This document shows, in pieces, positions 9,174 to 18,578 of a stretch of 64,000 nt of DNA (position 1 is its first letter; each line of letters opens with the position of its first letter). The stretch lies in IMG/VR virus record IMGVR_UViG_3300047094_002472. One strand, 5' to 3'. The notes beneath the pieces were generated by a model. The model made no database searches. It had not been told where the DNA came from and saw nothing but the letters and a program-made list of their open reading frames with translations. The position numbers and the translations under genes are program-made. This DNA is from a virus.

Positions 9174-9893
9174 TTATTTCCAACCAGCGTCGTATCCTTT
9201 AATCTTTTCCGGAACAGAATCTAGGTTGGTTTGAAGTGTGGATAATTCTTTGATAGTTTTGACACCATCATCATGGGACATATCATATATACTAGTAACC
9301 TTAATATCTAAACTGTCTAGTAAATTTACCACATTAATATTTAATCTTTTAGCCAACACATCTATAAAATTAATTTGATTATTGCTAATTTTAGATACGG
9401 TATTAGCATCTGGATGATCCTCAATATCTTTTGCTAATTCTTCTGCTGCTACTACCTTACGCAGCTTAAGAGCTCGTCTTAATGCTCTTCCTTCTGCTCG
9501 TGTATCTGCAACAGCAACAGCGTGGTTTCGAAACACCTTGTCGCAGTTGCCCCAATAAACGTCAGCAGCGCCCGTAACAACCCTATGTTTAGATTCTACT
9601 GGCACAGACCCATCCTTTAAAAAATAAGATATGGTATGAACCACGGTGGCTCGTTTTTCATTGTCTGGACTAGGACTCTGAACCACATTACTCGATGATT
9701 CTACGATATCACAATTAAGAGCAATTTCGAAAATTCTTCTGAGTCCATCTGTGGTGGGATTACCACTTATTTTCTCATCATCTGACAGTAAACTTAGAAC
9801 ATGGTCGGTCCACTCGATATCATTAGGTGTGACAGTCTTGGTTGGGGTGTTTGTGGTTGTTGTCTCGACATCTTCCTTCTTGGCTTTTGCCAT
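9174..9893 (-). CDS. Putative single-strand annealing protein (Rad52/Sak/Erf-like)
   Basis: ATVVHTI..GAADV..AVADTRAEGRALRRAL resembles the A-x-T-R-A-x-x-R-A-L helix of phage SSAPs; lies in the replication module. Confidence 0.45.
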   Translation of the reverse strand: MAKAKKEDVETTTTNTPTKTVTPNDIEWTDHVLSLLSDDEKISGNPTTDGLRRIFEIALNCDIVESSSNVVQSPSPDNEKRATVVHTISYFLKDGSVPVESKHRVVTGAADVYWGNCDKVFRNHAVAVADTRAEGRALRRALKLRKVVAAEELAKDIEDHPDANTVSKISNNQINFIDVLAKRLNINVVNLLDSLDIKVTSIYDMSHDDGVKTIKELSTLQTNLDSVPEKIKGYDAGWK

Positions 9894-9894
9894 A

Positions 9895-10683
9895 TTATTC
9901 TCCTATTTCTATATTTCTGTTATCACTGTCTGGGTATTTATTCTTTATACTTTTTAGATGATCTATTAGTTGGTCATAAATGACTAAAGAACGAGCTTTT
10001 GAGAACTCTCGCGTTTGCTTTATTCTAATCAGAACCAGACCCTTGCCGAGTATCAAGCCGGTCTTCTTGTTATCGTATTTGATATTTTTATCTAGAACAT
10101 GGTCTCCCCACACTGGTAAAAAATGAGAAGGGCCATCCACCTCTATAGCCACGTTTAGTTGTGGTAGGAAAAGGTCTATTTGTAGTTTTGTGTTGCTTAA
10201 GCTTTGCTCTTTGTGAAAATCTACCCTATATCCATCGCCTAATAGTTTTTCCAATAAAAACTTCTCAAGCTTAGATCCCTCCTTACTGGAAGCTCTTACA
10301 GCAACATTCGCTTGTTGTCTAATATGTTCTCTCTGCTCCTCGGACATATTATTCCAATTGTCTTTAGCAATTTGCCTTCTTTGATCCAACTCACTTTCTG
10401 TTAAACTATCCCAAAATCCCATTACAGAAGCACCTATTTTATTTTTAGTAGCTTCATCTCTTTGGGTTCCTTTTGTGGGGTGTTTATGTTTTCCTGTCTT
10501 AAGGGCGTTTTTCTGTGCTTCGCTCTTATCTCTAATTGCTATATTAAATTTCTTAGCATCTCTCCTTACCTTATTAGCATATGTATCATACATAGCTGCT
10601 ATATCCTGGAAACTTTTATTTTGTTCTGTATATAGACTAGAAATCAACTTCTTTTTTTCTTCATCGTTAAGTTTAGAGTACAT
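9895..10683 (-). CDS. Vsr/DUF559-like endonuclease with a NUMOD-like DNA-binding N-terminus (probable homing endonuclease)
   Basis: IDLFLPQLNVAIEVDGPSHF..D..K..G..LIRI nuclease motif; KGTQRDEATKNKIG repeat-like segment. Confidence 0.65.
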   Translation of the reverse strand: MYSKLNDEEKKKLISSLYTEQNKSFQDIAAMYDTYANKVRRDAKKFNIAIRDKSEAQKNALKTGKHKHPTKGTQRDEATKNKIGASVMGFWDSLTESELDQRRQIAKDNWNNMSEEQREHIRQQANVAVRASSKEGSKLEKFLLEKLLGDGYRVDFHKEQSLSNTKLQIDLFLPQLNVAIEVDGPSHFLPVWGDHVLDKNIKYDNKKTGLILGKGLVLIRIKQTREFSKARSLVIYDQLIDHLKSIKNKYPDSDNRNIEIGE

Positions 10684-10685
10684 AA

Positions 10686-11312
10686 TTACTTTGCTGTTTG
10701 AAGAGCCTCCAGTTTTCCTTTACGGGCAATAATATTATTCATAATTTCAAACAAAAACATATTATGAATTTTCTCATGTTCTAGACATTCTATTAAGATG
10801 TTTATTTCGGGTTTTTTGAGCAGGTATATATCTGATATATGATTGTCTAAATCAAAAAAGATATGACTAATCATTTTAGTATTATTATCTAGCACACAAC
10901 CAAGCTTTGATTGGTTTTTTGTATCTAGTAACACCGAAGACTTTTTTGTTTTCTTGGCAGCCTTTATTATTTTGGTAGATATCGGTTCATATCCTAATAA
11001 TATTAAACATTCGTCTGATTGTGCGATTCTGTCTTTAGCCAAATATAAACTATGACCATGGTTATACTCAGAGTATTCACTATTCAGAATATATTGTGTA
11101 CTACTTGTTTCGCCAGTGTCTTCTATAAATCCGCTAAATCTTTTTGCATCAAACCCATAAATATAAACTATATCGGACCTGGGAAACACACCACGAATAG
11201 AGTCTCTTTGCTGCTCAAATAGATTGTTCTTCTTATTATACGGCAATAATCCAACACAACCACGAGACTTCATACCTTTTTTAAAGCCATCAGCTATGAT
11301 AATAGTAATCAT
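10686..11312 (-). CDS. Nucleotidyltransferase-fold (LicC/MobA-like) protein with a degenerate active site
   Basis: IIIADGFKKGMK..GLL resembles ILAAGxGxRM..PK.LL; YNHGHSL and LILLGY correspond to NN..SL and LxxxGD. Confidence 0.5.
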   Translation of the reverse strand: MITIIIADGFKKGMKSRGCVGLLPYNKKNNLFEQQRDSIRGVFPRSDIVYIYGFDAKRFSGFIEDTGETSSTQYILNSEYSEYNHGHSLYLAKDRIAQSDECLILLGYEPISTKIIKAAKKTKKSSVLLDTKNQSKLGCVLDNNTKMISHIFFDLDNHISDIYLLKKPEINILIECLEHEKIHNMFLFEIMNNIIARKGKLEALQTAK

Positions 11313-12076
11313 ACTATTTTAAAACCACCCGTGTCTGCAAGGATATCCTTACCATGTTCAGCCAAAGAGAACCTATATACTCCGGAACCAAATAACACAC
11401 AAGAGTTGTCCGGATCTGTTAATACTATAAACTTATTGAGTTGGCTATAAACTATATCATTAGCAGCTTCCACTACGTTGTTTAGATTATTACAACTCGA
11501 CTTTTTCATATGGCAAACAAATCTATAAGACTTATTCTCAGTTATTACTCCATGAAGGATATTCTCATTAGAGATAGAATCATCCACCATTGTTTGAATA
11601 CGCCATTTGCAGTCTATTTTTGAGTCTGCCATTAGTTTTTGTATAGAGGCATATATGGTTGTTTTTGACCCTTCCGGACCTCTAACAAATACTATTTTAG
11701 CTGGATGTATACCTAGAGAAGAGAAAGCCCTCTTGATATTTGCGATATCTTGATCGGAGTCGCCAATTTCTATAAAATTAACAACTAGTACATAATCTAT
11801 ATGATTAGATTCCCTGAACTTCTTCTCTTTTTCTTCTAGGCTTGCGTTCTCTAGTCCATATTGTGCGAACCATTGATTTTCTCTATACCCTACGCATTTC
11901 TTACCATTAATGATATAGAATTCTTTATTATCATCATATGCTTCTAGTATCTGTTCGCCATTTTCTTTATATTTTTCGATATAGTTTAGGCGACAACCCG
12001 TTTGAGTATTTTCATCGTATTCAGCGAATACGCAGCTTTTACATGGTGTGTGTACGATGCTTAGTTGGTGTTCCAT
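11309..12076 (-). CDS. Hypothetical protein with an N-terminal Cys cluster (CKSC..C..C)
   Basis: 255-aa ORF overlapping the next gene by ATGA. Confidence 0.6.
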   Translation of the reverse strand: MEHQLSIVHTPCKSCVFAEYDENTQTGCRLNYIEKYKENGEQILEAYDDNKEFYIINGKKCVGYRENQWFAQYGLENASLEEKEKKFRESNHIDYVLVVNFIEIGDSDQDIANIKRAFSSLGIHPAKIVFVRGPEGSKTTIYASIQKLMADSKIDCKWRIQTMVDDSISNENILHGVITENKSYRFVCHMKKSSCNNLNNVVEAANDIVYSQLNKFIVLTDPDNSCVLFGSGVYRFSLAEHGKDILADTGGFKIV

Positions 12077-12099
12077 AGTTTATCCCTAATGATAGAATT

Positions 12100-12129
12100 A
12101 CGCCTAGGGCGATTTCTCACCCTAGACGT
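12100..12129 (-). terminator. Stem-loop with a GAAA tetraloop downstream of ssb (terminator or mRNA-stabilising hairpin)
   Basis: - strand ACGTCTAGGGTGA-GAAA-TCGCCCTAGGCGT; the mismatches form G-U pairs only on the - strand; no clear U tract. Confidence 0.6.
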
Positions 12130-12151
12130 ATCCCATTGTATAGATATATAA

Positions 12152-12529
12152 TTAAAACGCGACCGTCTCTGATTCTTGATCCGATGTCTGGTCGTTCTTC
12201 TTAGTCTTAAAGATCTTACTGAAGTTATTCACTCGGATCTTAAGAGTGCTATGCTTAACGCCATCCTTCTCCCAGCTATCGTTCCTGAGAGATCCTTCGA
12301 TCATAACAAGATCGCCCTTCTTAAATGTAGACGCAATAGCCTCCGCACCGCTATCCCATGCTTCGCACGGAATAAAAGAAGTAATCTTGTCCTGTGATCC
12401 ATTAGCCTTAGTAAACTCACGAGAAACAGCAACCGTGAAGTTGACCACAGAAGTCTGTCTATCGCCAGAGCCTACCACGCGTAGCTCAGGATCTCTTGCC
12501 AAATTACCCTTTAGAATCGTAATATTCAT
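12152..12529 (-). CDS. ssb: Single-stranded DNA-binding protein
   Basis: GNLARDPELR..VVNFTVAV..FIPCEAW..KKGDLVMIEGSL..W..DG OB-fold motifs; acidic tail ending in F. Confidence 0.95.
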   Translation of the reverse strand: MNITILKGNLARDPELRVVGSGDRQTSVVNFTVAVSREFTKANGSQDKITSFIPCEAWDSGAEAIASTFKKGDLVMIEGSLRNDSWEKDGVKHSTLKIRVNNFSKIFKTKKNDQTSDQESETVAF

Positions 12530-12573
12530 TCAAAGTCTCCTAAAAAATGATTAAAAACCAATACCAACACCAT

Positions 12574-12601
12574 ATAGTAGTTGTGGCCCGTACTTGGTCA
12601 A
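12574..12601 (-). promoter_or_regulatory. Sigma70-like promoter upstream of ssb (TTGACC-16-TACTAT)
   Basis: Consensus-like hexamers about 45 bp upstream of the ssb start. Confidence 0.5.
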
Positions 12602-14217
12602 GACCTGGGAATATAACACTTTTCTACCACAAAGGCATCTCCCGACCTCGACCTAGACCCCTTGACTATTACTACATTTCCCTGAAATAATACATTTCTG
12701 TATTCTCTGTATTGATCAGGAAAGAATACTACAGAATCCATAGATCCAGTACTGTCAACCAGCGTTACAAACGCCATCTCTAATCCTGGGGTTTTCCCTG
12801 TTTTTGTTTTTGTAACGTTTATATAGTCTATTTCACCACCAACAATAATATTTTCTCTAACTATACCATTCTTAAAGTCTTTACATGTAGCATTAGTCAT
12901 ACTAATATCATACATATCAACCTTGGAACAAGTTATAGAGCATCCAAGGGCCGCATATTCCGCATCAGATAGCCATTCGGGACTATCTACTAGGGATCTT
13001 GGTGGGTTCATAGCGGTAGATAATACCGTAGAGATTATGGCTTTACGGTTCTTATTAGCCTTACCAAAAGCTACGAGATCCTTTAAAGCCTGCTCAATAC
13101 AAGAATACTTATCTATACCACCTTTGATAAACTCTATTTCTTTCTTAGTTAGTTCTGATAGTAGCTCATATTCAAACAGCATACTATTTCTGGTCTTTTT
13201 CACATAGGACAAAGCGCCACTTTGTATTAATGCTTTGGCTGCTGTTGAATTAATATTCATAAGCACATTAATAGCTATGTACAACCAGCTTGTGCTGTTT
13301 AGATCAAGATTCTTTTCTTTAAGCTCCAAGAGCTTATTAAAAACAGACTGGCCTACCCCCTTTATGTCTGTTAGTCCAAAAAAGATCTTATTATCATTAA
13401 GAATAAAATATTGGTTTAGATTTCTGAAGTCTGGAACAGATACCGTAATATCCATTTCATTAGCATTCTGTGTTAATTCTTTGATCTCTGCTTGTGGGTC
13501 TATTTTATCTTTAGCAAAACGTAGGTATGAAGCAAAGAATATTTTGGGGAAATGCGCCTTGGCATACGCTGATAAGTATGCGTTGATAGCATAACTTACA
13601 GAATGAGACTTATTAAATGAATATCTTTGACTCTTTTCAATCCATCCGAATATCTGCTCTGCTTCGTCCACATTAACTATCCCGAGACCCTTACTGCCCG
13701 TTAAAAACTTTTCTTTAACCTTTGCCATTTCTTCTGGCTTTTTCTTACCAATAGCCTTTCTTAACATATCCGCTTCTTGGAGATTGAATCCAGCAATAAC
13801 CTTGGCAATTTCCATAGCCTGTTCTTGATAAATCATCTCTCCATAAGTGGTTTTAAGAATTGGCTCAAGAGCGGGATGAAAATAGTCTACAGACTCTTGC
13901 CCATTTTTTTTATCAATATAATGATTACTCACACTTTTGCCGTCTCTCATAGCCTCCAAGCAACCGGGTCTGAGAATCGCAATCAAAGCGGAAAGCTGCT
14001 CTATATTGGTGGGTTTTAGCTTTTTAGCCATAGACCTACCAAGTCTAGACTCTAACTGAAAGCAACCCTTTGTATTCCCATCAGAAATCAGATCCCATGT
14101 TCTCTGACAATCTAGATCTATATTTTCTATAGTTGGATCAAAATCAATATGTCTTATATTGCCGTCTTCTGTGGTGGGGAAAGAACAGCCACAAGGATAC
14201 TGAAAGGTCTTAGGCAT
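12598..14217 (-). CDS. dnaE: DNA polymerase III alpha subunit, C-terminal half (fingers, HhH, OB) of a split dnaE
   Basis: GCFQLES, ALIAILRPG, TYGEMIYQEQAM, ADMLRKAIGKKK, YSFNKSHSVSYA, FGLTDIKGVG and MAFVTLVDSTG motifs; likely start ATG at 14217. Confidence 0.93.
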   Translation of the reverse strand: MPKTFQYPCGCSFPTTEDGNIRHIDFDPTIENIDLDCQRTWDLISDGNTKGCFQLESRLGRSMAKKLKPTNIEQLSALIAILRPGCLEAMRDGKSVSNHYIDKKNGQESVDYFHPALEPILKTTYGEMIYQEQAMEIAKVIAGFNLQEADMLRKAIGKKKPEEMAKVKEKFLTGSKGLGIVNVDEAEQIFGWIEKSQRYSFNKSHSVSYAINAYLSAYAKAHFPKIFFASYLRFAKDKIDPQAEIKELTQNANEMDITVSVPDFRNLNQYFILNDNKIFFGLTDIKGVGQSVFNKLLELKEKNLDLNSTSWLYIAINVLMNINSTAAKALIQSGALSYVKKTRNSMLFEYELLSELTKKEIEFIKGGIDKYSCIEQALKDLVAFGKANKNRKAIISTVLSTAMNPPRSLVDSPEWLSDAEYAALGCSITCSKVDMYDISMTNATCKDFKNGIVRENIIVGGEIDYINVTKTKTGKTPGLEMAFVTLVDSTGSMDSVVFFPDQYREYRNVLFQGNVVIVKGSRSRSGDAFVVEKCYIPRS

Positions 14218-14902
14218 TTGTGAACGCACCCTGGAATTTGATTTTCTTGCTTAAGTTTCTATGAAGTCGCAAAAACCTAATCAGTATATCGGCACTATCC
14301 TTTACGTCCTTAAGTGCGTCGTGAGCACCCTCTTTAGATATTCCAAAATAATCTCTTAGCGCGTCTAAGGTATAGTTTTTTAGATCATTACTGTTCTCAA
14401 ACCAGTAAAAAATCATGTTCATAATATCTACTACGTCTCTAGGATAAAAAATATCGGTACGTCCTTCTTTATTAACATTACCGAACTTCTCGCTCAGTCT
14501 ACCGATAATAGGAAGATCAAATCTATTTATATTATACCCAGCGGCTATCGGAGCTGAAAACTGACTCTTCTTGGAACTTCTTGTGTGATACTGTTCTAGA
14601 TAACTGGTAAACATCTTCCAAGAGTGCTCCTGCTTAGGATATGTTTGCCATTCGGCATATACCTTTTCCTTAGAAGACCCCTTGACCCTAGCGTGAAAAT
14701 CTAGAATATCTGTAGTATACTCATACTTATCGTCTTTCTCCATAACCTCTGGTTTGATGTTTATATTAAACTCAGAGTCCTTGATAAGCTCCAGCTTAAT
14801 AGGATCAATCATAACAGCGGCTATCTGAACAGGGCTACAAATCCTAGGATCCGATCCGTCTGTTTCTAAATCAAATACGCAAATTTTATTATAGTTGATC
14901 AT
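14210..14902 (-). CDS. dnaQ: DEDDh 3'-5' exonuclease (DNA pol III epsilon-like)
   Basis: VFDLETDG (ExoI), GYNINRFD (ExoII), AHDALKD (ExoIII). Confidence 0.9.
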   Translation of the reverse strand: MINYNKICVFDLETDGSDPRICSPVQIAAVMIDPIKLELIKDSEFNINIKPEVMEKDDKYEYTTDILDFHARVKGSSKEKVYAEWQTYPKQEHSWKMFTSYLEQYHTRSSKKSQFSAPIAAGYNINRFDLPIIGRLSEKFGNVNKEGRTDIFYPRDVVDIMNMIFYWFENSNDLKNYTLDALRDYFGISKEGAHDALKDVKDSADILIRFLRLHRNLSKKIKFQGAFTNA

Positions 14903-15077
14903 TTACCTGTACTTCCGATAGTGGCTGAATAAATGTTTTTGTCTTTGTTTCATCGGTTAACGCAGCGTTGTTACTTCTGCAACAACTAATTTTTTCATCA
15001 GCGATCCTAACATATTCTACATTATTGAAGATAAAAGTATCGCCAACGCCTAGGTCTTTAAATTGCTTTGTAATCAT
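14889..15077 (-). CDS. Small hypothetical protein, 62 aa
   Basis: Overlap-coupled to dnaE-N and dnaQ; FKDLGVGDTF pattern typical of small phage beta proteins. Confidence 0.6.
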   Translation of the reverse strand: MITKQFKDLGVGDTFIFNNVEYVRIADEKISCCRSNNAALTDETKTKTFIQPLSEVQVNDQL

Positions 15078-16954
15078 ACTGTAACTCCTGATTTGAGAAG
15101 ATCTGTTATAGTCATCACCTTATCCAACATTGCCACACCCAAAATATCAAACTTGATAATTCCAATAGATTCTAGATCTTGCATTTCCATACCAGCTATT
15201 AGCTGATCGTTTTTGCTGTCATAAACCATTGGACAAGATTCTTTTAGTGGGTGAGAACTGATAGCGATACCAGCGGCATGTTTAGACTGATTGGACTTTG
15301 TGCCCTCTAATCTTATAGCTTGTTCGAACCTTTTAGCAAGAGGTCCTTGTAGTTCGTTTTTCTCATCTATGAAACACCATTCTCTGAGCTTATCTGGGTT
15401 GTTTTCCAGAGCCCATCTAATAATGGAAGACTCTCCGGTCTCTTCTTTCATCTCTTGTAGTTCGTCAGCAATCTTTGCTTCGTCTGGTATGTTCTTAGTA
15501 ATCTTATTCATTTCTTCGAAAGAGATATTTCCGTAAACTCTCAATACGTCTTTTAACGCCCCTCTACCCTTAATAGTATTGAAGGTAATCATTTGAGATA
15601 CCTTGTCTTGACCATACTGGTTTTTAATATACTCAATAATATCTTCTCTCTTATTGATAGGTACGTCCACATCGATATCTGGCATTGAAATATGATCCTT
15701 AGAATTTCTACCAGCATTATAAAATCGATCAAACATTAGGTTATATTTTATGGGGTCTATACTGGTAATGCCCACAAGGTATGAAACCAAACACCCAGCA
15801 GCAGAACCTCGTCCGGGACCGGGAAGCCAGCCATTTTGACGAACATAATTCACGATATCTTGCACAATTAAGAAGTAACTGGAAAGCCCAGCCCCCTGTA
15901 ATACCTCAAGTTCGTATTTGATTCTATCAACATACTCAGGCTGACTATCTTCTGATATCTTATTGGCTATCTTACCTTTCCATCCACCACGACAAAGATG
16001 TCTTAAGTATTCATCTGGGTTTAGTCCGTTAGGACAAGGGAATGGTGGCAGCAAAGGATTATTAAGAATACTATATTCCTCGCACATATCCGCTACTAAA
16101 TTAGTGTTCTCTATTTCTTCTTCAGTATGAAGCTCTGCTATTTCTTCTTGAGATAAAATATGAAAATTATCGGAGGTAAAGAAGCATGACATTGGTACTT
16201 CTTCATTATTACTAACCTTACGACTAATATCTGGTAGAGTTGTTTTTAGATTATTACAAAGCAAGATTCTTTGATCAACAGCATCAGATTTTTCACAATA
16301 ATGAGCGTCGGGTGTGCAGACTACTTTTGTGTTAGTCTTTTTTCCAAGTTCACGAATCATATCCGACAGATCTTTTTGAATTGGAGTATTATGCACATCC
16401 ATTAGTTGGGATTCTAGAAACAGGTTTTCTTGACCAAAAATACCCTTTAATTTGCCAATAGTTTCCGTACCCACCGATAGCCAATCCTTAGACGGTTTAT
16501 TCTCTGGTAAGATTTTATCGGCTAATAGAGATCCTAGGTGACCACACATACCAATCAGATTACCGTCACAAAAGGCTCCCAAAGCCTCCAGATTGAGCCG
16601 TGGCTTGTGATAATAAAAGTCGGGTCTGTTGGATTCAGATACCAAACGTATTAAATTTTTCCACCCCTTGAGGTTTTTGGCCAACAACAAGAAATGGGTC
16701 AAGTTTCTATTAGAAGGATCTTGAATGGAGGGATCCTTATCGCATAGATAGATCTCGCAACCCAACAAGGGCTTTATACCATTCTGCTTCATCTCTGTAT
16801 AAAACTTAACAGCTCCGGCTATATTGCCATGGTCTGTTAATGCACAAGACGTAGCACCAATATCTATACATCTTTTAGCTATATTTTTAGGCTTACTCAA
16901 GCCATCCAATAGTGAATACATTGAATGGCAATGGAGAGGAACATATTTTTTCAT
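15074..16954 (-). CDS. dnaE: DNA polymerase III alpha subunit, N-terminal half (PHP and catalytic palm) of a split dnaE
   Basis: HCHSMYSLLDG, TDHGN and TPDAHY (PHP); GPGRGSAAGCLV, MPDIDVD and KFDILG (catalytic Asp residues). Confidence 0.95.
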   Translation of the reverse strand: MKKYVPLHCHSMYSLLDGLSKPKNIAKRCIDIGATSCALTDHGNIAGAVKFYTEMKQNGIKPLLGCEIYLCDKDPSIQDPSNRNLTHFLLLAKNLKGWKNLIRLVSESNRPDFYYHKPRLNLEALGAFCDGNLIGMCGHLGSLLADKILPENKPSKDWLSVGTETIGKLKGIFGQENLFLESQLMDVHNTPIQKDLSDMIRELGKKTNTKVVCTPDAHYCEKSDAVDQRILLCNNLKTTLPDISRKVSNNEEVPMSCFFTSDNFHILSQEEIAELHTEEEIENTNLVADMCEEYSILNNPLLPPFPCPNGLNPDEYLRHLCRGGWKGKIANKISEDSQPEYVDRIKYELEVLQGAGLSSYFLIVQDIVNYVRQNGWLPGPGRGSAAGCLVSYLVGITSIDPIKYNLMFDRFYNAGRNSKDHISMPDIDVDVPINKREDIIEYIKNQYGQDKVSQMITFNTIKGRGALKDVLRVYGNISFEEMNKITKNIPDEAKIADELQEMKEETGESSIIRWALENNPDKLREWCFIDEKNELQGPLAKRFEQAIRLEGTKSNQSKHAAGIAISSHPLKESCPMVYDSKNDQLIAGMEMQDLESIGIIKFDILGVAMLDKVMTITDLLKSGVTV

Positions 16955-17994
16955 TCTGCACTTCCAGGCGCCTTGTATTTTCCAACAGTATACCCAGGGA
17001 CAGTGTATTCGTCAACAACGTTCTTCATGCCCTTGAGTTCGATATCGTGTTTAACCTGTTCACACTTGGTCATTGTTTTATCTTTACCACAAACCTGCCC
17101 GTCTCTATATTCGAGAATAGGCAGTATATTAGAGTTCTCAAATGTGTTTTTGCCAAAATGACATAGCTTATTGCATTTCCATGTTTTATTTAGTTTTGGT
17201 CTTTGACTATTCTTTATAACTTCGAACTTTTGCCTTAGCATATTTTCGGTTTGGGCAAGGTCTGACTTATCGAAACACACAGAAAAGGCGCCGCCGTCAT
17301 TTACGAAATATATAGACACCATACAATGATCCATCTTTGGATATAAATGACTAATGGCATAGTGGTATATTCTTAACTGTGGATCGTTTTGTAGTTTTTC
17401 CAGAGTCTTCTCCTGCCCAGTCGCCCAGTCTAGTCTACGACCAGTTTTATAGTCCACAATTTCTATAGTGTTATCGTTCACCTTGGTAATTAAGTCTATA
17501 GTACCCTTGATAGCAAGGTGTCCTTCTAGCACACCTTCTGGAGTATCAAACTTATATTTTGACCAAGGCTTGATTATCTCAATATCAAAATGTTGCTCTG
17601 GTTGTAGAATATCACTGTTTCTTGGATCAAACATGCCCTCGTTGTATGCTAGAGCCTTGTGAACCCATGCGTGGCAGTCTTTGTAGTCTTTGATATCCCA
17701 TTCGTGATGAGTAAATCGACTAGTATAATAATTATAAACCTTTTCTATAAGAGTATTAAGATTATATTTATCTACTTTAACCTCTCCCACAATGTCATCC
17801 ACAAATGACTTCTCATTGTTTTGCTGAGTAAGCTTAATATAGGCCAAGATTTCCATCACCTTGTGGAAAATTGTGCCCTTATCAGCCTTTTTATTGGATG
17901 GAGATCTATATCCCAGTACATATTCAAGAAAATACTGGTGCTCACACATAGAATGAGTACCATAACTAGAAGACCTTAGATACGTTATAATCAT
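16951..17994 (-). CDS. PD-(D/E)XK Cas4/AddB-like exonuclease
   Basis: N-terminal Cys, GTIDL, IVDYKTG, QLRIY and a C-terminal Cys cluster (CNKLC). Confidence 0.85.
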   Translation of the reverse strand: MIITYLRSSSYGTHSMCEHQYFLEYVLGYRSPSNKKADKGTIFHKVMEILAYIKLTQQNNEKSFVDDIVGEVKVDKYNLNTLIEKVYNYYTSRFTHHEWDIKDYKDCHAWVHKALAYNEGMFDPRNSDILQPEQHFDIEIIKPWSKYKFDTPEGVLEGHLAIKGTIDLITKVNDNTIEIVDYKTGRRLDWATGQEKTLEKLQNDPQLRIYHYAISHLYPKMDHCMVSIYFVNDGGAFSVCFDKSDLAQTENMLRQKFEVIKNSQRPKLNKTWKCNKLCHFGKNTFENSNILPILEYRDGQVCGKDKTMTKCEQVKHDIELKGMKNVVDEYTVPGYTVGKYKAPGSAE

Positions 17995-18578
17995 AGGAGA
18001 TTCTTTGCCCTTATAAACTTTAAAATCTCGTGGTTTTTACCTTCGGCAGTCATGGCGCTATTGTTTATAACGCAACTGAATCTATTCCAGTCATAGTATT
18101 CTGGATCTAATGCTTTTTCACTATCCGAATCCGAATGAAAAGGGTCTAGGTCTAATCTAATCACATGTCCCTTAATATCTAGTATAGCGTCAACCTCATT
18201 AGGAAACCTACAGTCAACAATAATGGCTAAGTCCAGATTCTCCCTTAGAATTTTATTGATAGTGGCCTCAACCCAAACCTGTCTCTTTATCTGCCTAAAT
18301 ATATTTGTGCCAATAACCTCCATAGCCCTTCTGGCGGTTAGCTTCTCCCCGTTCCATTCCAAGTCTGTCATGGTATTCTTATCGTCATCTGAACCATAGC
18401 ATTGAGAGTGGCTCATACCCAAAATATTCATACAAATATCTTGCTTAAGAGGGTCAGCAAAGCTATAGATTTTATGGGATGTCTCAATACCGCTGGCTTG
18501 AATAAAAGAGCTAATAAATTCGCCAGCGGTACTCTTACCAGATTGTTTTCTACCAGAAAACGCTATAATCTTAGTCAT
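17991..18578 (-). CDS. Deoxynucleoside monophosphate kinase
   Basis: GRKQSGKST P-loop, SFADPLK, R..M..IGT..FR, DCRFPNE; T4 gp1-like. Confidence 0.85.
   Translation of the reverse strand: MTKIIAFSGRKQSGKSTAGEFISSFIQASGIETSHKIYSFADPLKQDICMNILGMSHSQCYGSDDDKNTMTDLEWNGEKLTARRAMEVIGTNIFRQIKRQVWVEATINKILRENLDLAIIVDCRFPNEVDAILDIKGHVIRLDLDPFHSDSDSEKALDPEYYDWNRFSCVINNSAMTAEGKNHEILKFIRAKNLL

Noticed and set aside
16951-17994. Cas4-like gene as evidence of a CRISPR-Cas system
   Set aside because: No other cas genes or array; solo Cas4-like nucleases are common in phage replication modules.
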